Shown here one piece after another: positions 22,025 through 32,303 of a DNA stretch of 36,526 bases. The DNA is from Folioceros fuciformis (Eukaryota): positions 1 to 36,526 of the forward strand of contig JBNGIO010006195.1 in NCBI GenBank assembly GCA_049999805.1, given 5' to 3'. The position numbers were made by a program, and so were the translations under genes. The notes under the pieces were generated by a model, which ran no database searches, was not told where the DNA came from, and saw only the letters and a program-made list of their open reading frames with translations. Each line of letters opens with the position of its first letter. Positions within the stretch are counted from its first letter, which is position 1.

Positions 22025-25000
22025 TCAAGTAGTGTACTCAGCATTGATTCTCACATAGTCGTAGCTCAGATCGCAACCCCAGGCCTTGCTCTGACCTCCA
22101 CCATCACCTAAAAAACACACGGCGAGAAGGCAGTGAATAGAAGCTCCATGCCAAAAACATGGAACTGCATGCTGAGGAAACATGTAACTGAATTCAAAAC
22201 ACAGGCAATAGTGATGCCAAGAGTGACTAGTTACCAATGGAAATATTCAGTGCCACCGTGCCGTGGACATCACCCGCAGATCGCAGGTAGCTGCTAGCAG
22301 CCACTCTGAATGAGCCCATACGAGCATTACAACAAAAAAAATGATCAGATAACATCGCCAACTCCATCGATCCGATTTGGAGAAATCCAGACCTTCAAGC
22401 AAAACCNNNNNNNNNNNNNNNNNNNNNNNNNNNNNNNNNNNNNNNNNNNNNNNNNNNNNNNNNNNNNNNNNNNNNNNNNNNNNNNNNNNNNNNNNNNNNN
22501 NNNNNNGCATGCTATACGACCCCAGTTTGGATCCCTTCCAAAGACAGCTGCCTGCAAGAAAAGATCAAAGAGAATTTCAGAAATTCATTGAGAATTAAGG
22601 CCCTCAGAACATTTGCTATATTGTCACCATGGCAAAGCCATCAGGTCTCAAAGATTGTAATAACCATCCTTGGGCAGCGAAGACAAATGCCAAAAGAAAA
22701 TGCAGGCAACGCACTCAAATCAAATACGAGGGTCTTGTCAGAACGTTATTCCAAAATTGGCATCAACATGGACTAATCTCTGATGACCGTCGTGATGGAA
22801 TGTATCATCATTCAAGACTTCCAAGCAAAGGAATCAGGTGCTTCAGACCCTGACCACCCGGATTTAGTCAGCTTATCAGACAGAGTGGGCCAGGAGGTCC
22901 GACCTACTTCCAGAAATCTGAAACAAGTCGACACGTGAAAAGTGTACCCAAAGAACATTCACCTCCTGAGGATACAGTGTTCAAAACTAACCCAGAGTGC
23001 TACTGCTCACCGCAAAAGCTCAGCCCCTCGGAGAAAAAGGGATACTCAAGATACACGGATCCAAAGGATTCTCTCAGACAAATGCCTCGTTTGACCTCAC
23101 AGTAACTGGAAACCCAGCTGCCTGACTTCCGCACTGAGGATCAGATTATGGATAGAACATCCAACATCATTACCTTCAAGTGCTTTCTGCTCAAGGCAAG
23201 AACTCAGTCTCGTCATCCATAATGCATCATCGAGAACAGGCACAGAAGTCACATCTTTTGTTCACAAGTCTCTCTCAGACAAATGCCTCATTTGACTTCA
23301 CAGTAACTGGATAACCAGCTGCTTGGCATAGGCACGTCGGATCAGATTATGAATAGAACATCCAATATCTTTACCTTAACGTGATTCTGCTCAAAGCAAG
23401 AACTCGGTCTCGTCATCCATTCTGCATCCTAGAGAGACAAATATAGACTCCATGTGGACAGGTGGAAGGTAAACATTGGAAGGGAGTTCAGAAGAGCTTG
23501 GGATAGCAGATTGACTTCGTAACTAAGGCAAGATACCTTTTGTCAGAGATAGGAACACCTCGACAGCAATCATGAGTGATGTGTAACGGCTGATATTCAA
23601 AAAATGACTGCCAGCTCTGATAATAATCAGGTAGAACAAACTGCAGGCATTAGCGTATTACCTTAGTCAATGAAGATGCAGCCACCGAGCGTGCCACAGT
23701 TGCTGCTGCTGCTTCACTCCCAGCACCTCTCACACTAACCTGTGTGAAGAAACATGTTAAATCGATTTCATACAAGTGCACAAAAAAGTCCTAAAGTTCT
23801 CAGATGTTGAACACCATGATACAGGAATAAATACGACACCACTGGATAAACAGAAAGACCTCTATGAGACATGTAGCACCTTCTCCATCTGATGCTATGG
23901 CCTTCGCTAGAGATTGCAGTACCTATTCAAACCACAAACTCGTGAGTCTGGCTAGTCAAGAGCACAACAAATGCTCACTATGCAAAGCTCACATTGCCAA
24001 GGACTCACCGCATCAAGTGCAGCTTGAAGTTCAAGAGCCTCAGGGCTATCTAGGTCACTAACGAGTTCCCCTCCACATGCACCATTAGCAAAGGCCAAAA
24101 GAGTGTCATTTGTGCTGCTGTCACCGTCCACCTGTCAAATCACAAGTTTAGAAGGGAAATTTTTAAAAATGCTTTCCATTCTCAGTTGTAGAAGTGGAGC
24201 CAGGCTTCCACTTACCGTGATCTGATTGAAGCTGCGGTTAACAGCTTTCAGCACCATTGGTCTCCAAACTTCAACTGCCACATGGGCATCACAGGTCACA
24301 ACCTGCAACGAAAGCCACAGCATCATGGATGCCACTTTGAAGAAAAACATACGACGCAGTTGTTCAACTACTGCCAAACCTTACCCCCAGCAAGGTTGCC
24401 ATGTTTGGATGAATCATCCCTGAGCCTTTTGCAATTCCACCAATCCGTATCAAGGATTTTCCAACCTGTTGCAACCAGTCAAAGGCGTTCAAGGCAACCT
24501 GAATGAAAAAAGGATTGTCATCACTCTAATAACAAGAACGAGTACCTTTGTCTCCACTGCTACACTCTTGCTAACAAGGTCGGTAGTTGTGATGGCCACA
24601 GCAGCTGCATCTGATCTGTTCCCAGACGAAAGAAACAATGCCACCATCTCAATAAACGGCCAGCTCAGAATACATATCCCTGTACTCCAAGAAACACAAG
24701 ACATGTGACAGATTTCTTCACCCATCACTGCCTTCGGACAGAGATGAAGCTAACTCGGGAAGCGATTTCAACAAAGCTTCCTGCAAATTCACAAACATTG
24801 AACACTTTCAACCTGTGCATGGCATCTCCCGTGCTAGAAGAGCTCATGCATTTCACCGAGATACCTTCTAAATCGTAACAAAGCGAAGACAGAATACCTT
24901 CTTAATGCGCTGCCCAATCACTCCAGTAGACTCAATCAGTATGCTTCCCACAGGAACTCCCAAAACCTGCAACCAACAACCAAAGCAGGGCCAATGATCA

Positions 25001-26272
25001 ACACAGAACATACTTGTAGCTAATCCAAAATACAGGACAACGACTGACACATTCAGTCACCTAAGTATAAACCTTGGCTATGGCTTCAGCGGAGTGAAGA
25101 GTGTCCTGGTATCCTTGCTCACCCTGAGTTGACAGAAAAACAGTCAGAAGACAAAACGCAGAGAACATCAAACGGCAGAGAACCGACATTGCTTTGAAAA
25201 CTAGGTCTTAGAGTACGAAAAGCACCGTTGCTGCATTGGCTTGGCCAGCATTGATCAGGACGCCTCGTGCCTGCCACCGATATGATCCAAATGCGAAATA
25301 AGAAAAAAAACCAAGCGACTGATTAAGCTAGCAACGGTGACGTGAGTTTTACACACCGTCGACGACTCCGCAAGCCTCTTCTTGCAGTACAGCACGGGGG
25401 CCGCTGCCATGATATTCTTCGTAAAAGTCCCTACAGTGGGCAAGGATTACAAATTTAGATCAAGTCCGCAAGCTCGACACTCAACGCAGCGGACTGGACT
25501 TCAGACAACACAGAGAGCCTACCGGCCACAATAGCGTCCTTGTCGCTGACGACGAGTGCAAGGTCCGGCTTACGACCAGCTGCCCGCAAACCTCCATACA
25601 GACCCGCTGCTCGGAAACCCTCCGCTGCAGTGACGCCGCCGGGAATCTACAATCACTGGCATTTTTCAACAAGAGAGGAAGCGGAAAAGCTAACACTATT
25701 AGGTATTAGCTGAGCAGACCAGTCAGGGAAAACGAAAGGCGTCTTACTTCAGTCCAAGGCCCCTCTGGAAGCAAGATCTTGGACGCAGGGATAAATTCCC
25801 CTGGCTTGAGAGCCAAGCCCGTCGCCGCGGCGGCAGCCGCGATGATTTGATTCCTGCCCTGGACCAGGTTCTGGTCTCCGTGAGAAAACCCACCTCGTGA
25901 CCAGCAAGTACATCAAACCCAAGGATGCCAGGCCGCAGGGCTCACCTGAGACTTGACCCCTCGGTAGAAAACGTTAGCTGAGTGATCTGCCTTCAACAAT
26001 CCCGCAGCTCTGCGCAGATCAGAGCTGTACCCCAAAAACCGAGAACACGACTGCGAAGACGAGGGCTCTTTCACAGAAGATGCTGTTGCAAATCCAGGCA
26101 CAACCCATCAACCATCACAATCACACCAAACGCACCACACAACCCTACGAGACCCTCACCACCGAGCTCACGAGCGCCGACAAAGCTGTCATCTGCCAGT
26201 ACCCTACCTACCTGACCCCAGACAAGCATCCAGCCGGACCAAACTTTTCAGGGCAACCGGAGACGCCGCCAT
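22025..26272 (-). CDS. argJ: Arginine biosynthesis bifunctional protein ArgJ (glutamate/ornithine acetyltransferase), plastid-targeted, ~17 exons
   Basis: The spliced translation runs [10 protein letters not shown]..., [74 protein letters not shown] (autocleavage Thr), [53 protein letters not shown] at 26272, exon 1 26212-26272, exon 2 25946-26082, long intron 22552-23661. One exon is interrupted by the N gap. Confidence 0.95.
22732..22818 (-). ncRNA. U35: Box C/D snoRNA U35 (SNORD35/snR73 homolog), intronic
   Basis: Minus strand reads GTCTTG-A-ATGATGA(C)...TCACGACGGTC-AT-CAGA(D')...TTGATG(C')...CTGA(D)-CAAGAC, with terminal stem GTCTTG/CAAGAC. The guide is complementary to LSU rRNA GACCGUCGUGA. 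The D'+5 rule hits the first C (yeast Cm2959 equivalent). Confidence 0.88.
23070..23235 (-). ncRNA. U15: Box C/D snoRNA U15 (SNORD15; snR13/snR75-type targets), intronic copy a
   Basis: TCTC-G-ATGATGC...TGGATGACGAG-A-CTGA...ACGAGGCATTTG-T-CTGA-GAGA. The guides complement LSU rRNA CAAAUGCCUCGUCAUCUA. The +5 rule hits yeast-equivalent Am2281 and Gm2288. Confidence 0.88.
23268..23438 (-). ncRNA. U15: Box C/D snoRNA U15, intronic copy b
   Basis: Tandem paralog of 23070-23235 with the same guides (TGGATGACGAG-A-CCGA; GAGGCATTTG-T-CTGA). Terminal stem GTCTCTC/GAGAGAC; degenerate box C AGGATGC. Confidence 0.82.
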
Positions 26273-27129
26273 GTCCAGCTACTGTACCGAAAGGGTAGTA
26301 AGGATCAATTATAAACGAGTGAGCTGAAAGACCTAATTAGGGCATCCGGTCCGGCAACCTCCCTCTGCATCTCCGCTAACGATGATGTATGATCCATCGA
26401 GGGGGCCCAGGGACCGGGGCCCGTGCAGCCGCGCTGGATCCTCACACCACCCCGTGACATCGCCCGCATCACAGAGCCTGTAGGACCCACCAGCCGACCC
26501 CGTCCGCTCCGGAGACCTTCGGCCGCCACTGTCGCGGATGCCGATTGCGAACAAACCCTACGACCAGTCAGTGTCGCTCACGGTCACTCCTGGGATGATG
26601 ATCAAAAAGCAGGCCCCCGGAATAAGCATCCCTCCAGAACGCACTGCTTTCTGAGTTATTGTCGCCATATCTGCGAACTCGTGGCTGGAATATTTATTTT
26701 AAGATATTTCAAAATCGGTATATGGAAAACTTTGGTATCGGGAATTTAAGATCAGGGTTCCATGGGTTTGTAGGCATGCGGATATGGAATACCAATGCGG
26801 ACAGGGATTAGAGATTCATGTTTTTTTTCGTTAGAATATGTATTTTATACACTAATATTTGGCATCTTAGGAATATTTCTCTATTCTACTTTGCCACATC
26901 ATTTAACCTTATGTATATCCCGTATAGCAAAATTTTTTAAATATCTCTAACCTCTTTGTGGATTGAAATGGACAAAGCGATTTTCTTAAATTTCTTGCAC
27001 AGCATTTTGGGACAATCGAGAGCTCCTGATTCTCTTCCTATCCTCGCTGCGCACGCTACTAGTGCACAGCGTTAGTAGCGGATGAATTTGATGTCCGGGT
27101 GCTTGGAAACAGGCTGACACTAAAGCATG

Positions 27130-27640
27130 GTTCTACAATCTCAAGGGGAGCGAGGACCAGACCACCCGACATAAATTCCGCCCCAACCGGCTGGTTTCTC
27201 TCGAGCACTTGCAAGGTGATGATTTTGTTATCCGGCACGCTCTAGCTGGACGCAAGAGCAAGTGCGGCACCAGGCAGCTTGGAATCCACCCCTGCCGGCT
27301 TACACCGATCGTCGAACCAGAGGACCTACTTAGACTTCCTGTTTCAGGCCTCCTGAGATTGACTGCGATCTTGGAGCAATGCAGAGTCCGACACAAACTT
27401 CTCCCACAAGAATTGTTGGTCGATGGAAGACCCGATACTAGCCAGAACTCCAGTTGCATGGGCTGGCTGTGCAGCCAAATTGTTGCACCTGGCAACTTCG
27501 TTGTGTGCCAACATCTGCTTCTATGAAGTCAGCTGGGCGAGAGGCCTCCCTAGCAAGCCTGTTCTCCTCCACATAGCCATGGCTCTCGCATGAACCTACG
27601 GATGCTGTGTACCCCCATTCGCCCAAGAGCTTGCTTCAAA
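27130..27640 (-). mobile_element. Possible decayed LINE ORF2 fragment (endonuclease-RT linker)
   Basis: A stop-interrupted frame reads IDQQFLWEKFVSD...RKSK*VLWFDDRCK, resembling the LINE linker motif W..F.....PWFDxxC. No RT domain is seen. Confidence 0.35.
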
Positions 27641-27680
27641 GCTGCACCTGGCCAGGACCCATCCCGATCGGGACACAAAA

Positions 27681-27704
27681 TAGGTGTCCCAATTGGGACA
27701 CCTA
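27681..27704. repeat. Perfect 24-bp palindrome
   Basis: TAGGTGTCCCAATTGGGACACCTA is its own reverse complement. The palindrome TCCCGATCGGGA is adjacent at ~27662. Confidence 0.85.
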
Positions 27705-28500
27705 CTTTATGCCCTATGACCGAAGCAGGCACAAACGTTATGTCCCTTATCTTTGCAGCGCATACTGCCGCCCTAAAATTTCTATGAAAGAACCTCTATC
27801 CGTATCGGTATTCCATATGCGAAGCATAAAGCAAAAGACTTGTATTAGAGTCCATTAAGAGCCGGTTCCATCATGGCAGTACTTGAAAACTTCCAGCATC
27901 TTTTCCAAAGAGCATCGTTCCCTTTAAGCACTCTCCCTAAACATCCATCTCCATGTTTAAATCCAAAGTTCTTCTAAACAATGGGTTGTTTTCCACTACG
28001 TCTAAGAATGTTTGAAGAGACTTAATGTGAAGATTTAATATATGTTTTAGAGGGCAATGTATAGTAAATGTTGGTTTTCATCTTATCGTGGTGTTTTTTA
28101 AAAATTGTGCAAAATATGTATGTAGGCTTGCTTTAGTTCAATATGTCTGATTCTAACTCTTGACTTGTAGTGCATCTCTCTTCACAAGAAAGTCTACATT
28201 CTCACTTACTTTCCATCTTAAATTGTTCTAGAAAGTCTTGAATATTATTTTCTATTATTGAAAAAGAAATGGAAAGTCTCATCTACTCCACACATAGAGG
28301 AACAACCTGAGCATAGCCAAAGGCTAAAACGATACTAATAGCCTAGCCCCTTTTAAACATCATTCTCAAAAATTATTTAAAGCTCCTAAAATATTGTGAT
28401 GTGGAATAATAAAAAGCCTACCTACCGCTGATGCCAAAAAAACACCTTGACCTATGCTGGTTGCTATTCAAAAAGCCACATTGGTTAGTGCTCTATGGAG

Positions 28501-28698
28501 GGCCAATGCTCTTTGGGGCCACCCTTAGGGTTGGCCAATGCTCTTCGGAGCTATCCTTAGGGTTGGCTAGTGCTCTTTGGAGCCTCCCTTAGGGTTGGCC
28601 AGTGCTCTTTGGAGCCACCTTAGGGTTGGCCAGTGCTCTTTGGAGCCACCCTTAGGGTTGGCCAGTGCTCTTTGGAGCCACCCTTAGGGTTGGCCAGT
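28501..28698. repeat. 32-bp minisatellite, ~6 copies
   Basis: Head-to-tail units GGCCA(A/G)TGCTCTTTGGAGCCACCCTTAGGGTT with no spacers. Confidence 0.93.
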
Positions 28699-30105
28699 CT
28701 ATGGAGCTTGTTGCTTTTCTAAAAACCGTATTAGCTTTGGAATATTATATTGCATACAAGTTGTAGGACATAATAGAAATATATAAATAAAATTTTTATT
28801 AAATCTAAGGAAATTAAAGGACAATCGAATCTAAAGATACGAATTCATACTTTTCGATTGAATATTATGCAGTGTCGTATTTGTAATACAATTCGTACAT
28901 CTCGAGGTGTTGAGGACGCACGGAAATGCCACAGGTATCGCCAGTAAAGCCGGCGCCAACGGTCATGAAAATCTCTCTCTTGTGCGGTGCGGCCATGGCC
29001 ATGGCCCCGGCCCCCGGCCCCGGCTCCGGTCCGATGCCTTCCTCTGACACGAAAAGGAGCTGGCCCACAACGGCGTCGAGGCAACAGGAGCACGGCTCGC
29101 CGCACTGGCCGCCCTCGAGCCTCAATTGTAGTGACACATTCCTTCCTCACAGGCTCCAGCGAGTGACGCTGCCGCCCGTTTTGCCGGGACGCGGTCACCT
29201 TGTATCCCGCTTGCGCAATCTTCGTCTTTCTTAGCTGTCGCGAAGCACGTCGTGCAGAGGCACACATTTCGGACTTGTTGGTGGCCCCTGGGCCCCCTAG
29301 TGAACAGGAAGAGCTGGCTGCTTGGTTGATAAGGGAGCCGGTTAACCCAGGCTGGTTGAGAACATGTGAGGAGAAAGCATCCTAGGAAGAACGCGCGGAC
29401 TCCAGGTGTGTTTGTATTTGTAAAATGCTCTCATCAGGCGTTCCCCTTGCTCGGTGAACTGTGGTTGGCTGGTTGCTCTGGCTGGCTTGGGCCGGCATCA
29501 AAAAATGATATGTTGACTAGCACTAGGCTCCGAGTCCTGTTCTGTTCCGCGTTTATTGCCGGTGACTTGGAGTTGGATTGTATCTCCGTCTGCCTAGTGT
29601 AGAGGCCGGGAACACTCAGCGGAAGGACTGCGGAGAAGGATCGATACCCTATCCTCTGCTTTGTCTGCTCTTCCCTTCGAATAGAACAGAGAACACGTCT
29701 CCAGTCTATTTTAAAATTGCTTTGTGGCGGAAGAGCCGGAGAATGATCCGTTAGGCGTCCCACTGTGCGCGTGTGCCAGCCGTCTGGACTCTGGAGTCGT
29801 TATTGTAGAAGGAAGTGCATGTCAGCCAAGCAGCTTGCACCTTCCTTTCTTTCCTCCGGCCCTCGAGTTTCGTTCTCGTCACACGACCGGAGTTTGTGAT
29901 CACAGCGCATGCTCGGCCCGCTTCTAGAACTGTTCCTTACTTCCCAAGTGTGCCCTTGTTTGATTGTCAGAGAGCAGCGGCTGCGACTTCCGGAGCTGAT
30001 CCGCGGCCCGTGAGCAGAGGTCTCGCGCTGGTTGAAGGCTCAGATCTGGGAAGGTGAAGGTGAAGGAGAGGATCATCCGGGGAAGCAGCATTGTCTTCTC
30101 GCAGG

Positions 30106-30663
30106 ATGAAACCTTCGTTGAAGAAGGCGATGAGGCGGCTTCGGTCGAGTGGCAGAATAGATTATGTGGAGCTGTCCGGCTCCCCGATCTACCACCACCG
30201 GAGGTTGCAGCGGCAGGCGCTGGGATCTACTTCGTTTGATACAACCGCATTGCTGGAGAGGCAGGAGATCAACTCCCCCGTGCAGACGAACTCGCTCTCC
30301 TGCGTTGGGAGCTTCACGGTGAAGAAGCCCAAGGAATTGGTCACCATCTTGGTAGGCAAGGAGATGCGGGTGTTCAAGGTTGAGCCTCAGTTTCTTGAGC
30401 ACGGATTGTTCCAATCTCTTCTGCACAAGACTGGCCGGAGCGGGTACGATGAGAACTGGGTGTGGTATGAGAAGGAGAACGAAGACTACTGTTACGGACG
30501 CGGGCGTAAGTCTTCCGCTTCATCTGTGGAGTACTTGAGGAGCAAAAGTCTTTGCATTGACTGTGATGTTATCTTGTTCGAGCACATTCTTTGGCTCCTC
30601 AACAACGATGATCCCTCCATCCGACACCTCAACCTGGATGAGTTGATGGAGTTTTACAGCTGA
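30106..30663 (+). CDS. SAUR-like (auxin-inducible family) protein, SAUR76-78-like, 185 aa, intronless CDS
   Basis: VTILVGKEMRVFKVEPQFLEHGLFQSLL...CDVILFEHILWLL...LDELMEFYS matches the SAUR76-78 pattern VYVG..RR.Y.......HPLFQEL...CEVVLFEHLLWML...EL.EFY. A possible 3' splice site (TCTCGCAG) sits just before the ATG. Confidence 0.82.
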   Translation: MKPSLKKAMRRLRSSGRIDYVELSGSPIYHHRRLQRQALGSTSFDTTALLERQEINSPVQTNSLSCVGSFTVKKPKELVTILVGKEMRVFKVEPQFLEHGLFQSLLHKTGRSGYDENWVWYEKENEDYCYGRGRKSSASSVEYLRSKSLCIDCDVILFEHILWLLNNDDPSIRHLNLDELMEFYS

Positions 30664-32303
30664 CGCGTTTGTCCGAGGGCTCGGGGATAGTAGCGTCAGC
30701 TTTAATTTTTTTGTTTTGTCGATTCATGGTACCTGAGGACTGGCCACCACACTTTCCTGGGGCTCCAGGCAGCTTGTCGACTGCACGGTGCAACACACAG
30801 CAGAAGACGAGTCAGGCCAGGCCATCCGGTACTTCAACGGTGGAGCGGCCTCTAGGTGAAGATTGTCTTCGAGTTAACGAGATGCAAGCTACAGATGGGC
30901 CTGTCTTCGGAGTCGGAGAGCAGGAGGTGGAGAGTTAGGGATTTTGAGAGGGAGGTAGTGATATGAAGAAGGAGCTGTGCCACCACTCCTCCTTTGGATC
31001 CTGCTATCTCCGCTCGAGTGTTCCACCTCCAGCTATGTAGTTGGGTTGTGCTCATTGCTCTCGTCACGTGGGTGGTGTTCCCACAATGCAATTTCTCGTT
31101 GTGTTCCAGCCCTTTACTGCTAGCTGGATAGGGTACGCGCATTAACCTAGACCAGTGTACAGTTCAGCGACATTTACATGAAACTGCACCTCACCTTGCG
31201 TCCAATGGGGCTCATGATGTGGTGGTACACAAAACACTTGAATAGCTACTGAAAATCTAGACCTGAATAGTTTCTTTATACGAACACCCTTTTTGTGTAT
31301 ATACCCCTGAATTCTTTGTGAACAAGATCTTGGAACTGCATGATGTGGGTGTCAGTCAAGGTAGCGTCAGCTTCCATGGTGTGAGCGCCTAAGGAGTGTG
31401 TCAGCCTCCCGTGCTTGTTAAAATCCATCACGTTCTGAACCTGACATCTGTACCTATATCCCTCTCCCTGTCCACGAGCCCACTACTCCGCAATGACGAA
31501 ACGGGAAGGAAGGCTTTTCCTGTCGTGTTCACTTCCATCTTCTGACTGGTGAATGTCAGTGTTGCTTCAAGTGCTTCTGACATGCTTGGCTTGCTACTTC
31601 CCATTCAGCTCAATGTTGTTGGGGAGACTGGTAACGAAGAAGCATCACTCCTGCATTCTAACCAACTCCCAACTCCATGCACCTGCACTCACTGGAATCT
31701 CCGTTTTCAACGACAGCTGCCTTCTCGAGTATGTTGAAACAGCATGGACTGAACTCTGCTGGTCAGTCGTTCCTACCAATGCAGCTTCTGGTTGCCATTA
31801 GCACAGGGCATCGGCGTATCGCTGTTTAGATGAGGACGGTGAAAGACGGGGTCAGGGAGCTTGCACAGATCCTTGCCAGCACCGAGGGCTGTTCGTCTTT
31901 TACTGTGAGTAGTACGCACGGTGACTTTTGCTTCATCCTGCACTTCAAGGTCAGCGAAGTTCGCTCTCCGTCGAAGTCCTCATCACCACCCAACTGCTAA
32001 CCCCTCCGGACGCTCGTCGTTTGCAGATATTTGGATTCGCCGTTTTCGGTAGGTACGATTCCAGATAGTTGCGTCCCAGACAACTAACGCTTGTGCTACC
32101 GATCTGGTGAGCCCCGCCATCTCACAGGAGTCACGCTTGAATCTATCGGGCATATCTCTTCAGTTTCTACTTTCACGTCCTGTTTGCGTCCCGTTGTAAA
32201 TGTACACGACCCTCGTCTGCCTAGTTAAGAGTAGAGTGACCTCGGTTTGCCGAAGTTTTCTCCACGGAAATAGAACAGCTTGCTCCAATTCGACACGAGG
32301 GTT

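Noticed and set aside
22868-22880. CTGATAAG-CTGA (minus) as a U2 snRNA guide; AGCTTATCAGAC (plus) resembling animal miR-21
   Set aside because: There are only 8 nt of U2 complementarity and the +5 position misses Um47. The miR-21 match is short and taxonomically implausible.
23440-23650. Further C/D or H/ACA snoRNA at the 5' end of the ArgJ long intron
   Set aside because: CTGA and ACA motifs are present, but there is no convincing box C, hairpin pair or guide.
26594-26654. ATGATGA...CTGA on the plus strand resembling a C/D snoRNA
   Set aside because: No terminal stem and no recognisable rRNA or snRNA complement.
28501-28698. CRISPR-like 32-bp palindromic repeats
   Set aside because: The units are contiguous with no unique spacers, there are no cas genes, and the context is eukaryotic.
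28845-29267. GC-rich overlapping ORFs on both strands
   Set aside because: No recognisable domain; more likely the upstream region of the SAUR-like gene.
31100-32300. USSE (tandem U12-type 5' splice sites) downstream of the 65K gene, or an additional gene
   Set aside because: No duplicated RTATCCTT was seen on the minus strand, and the short ORFs show no recognisable homology.
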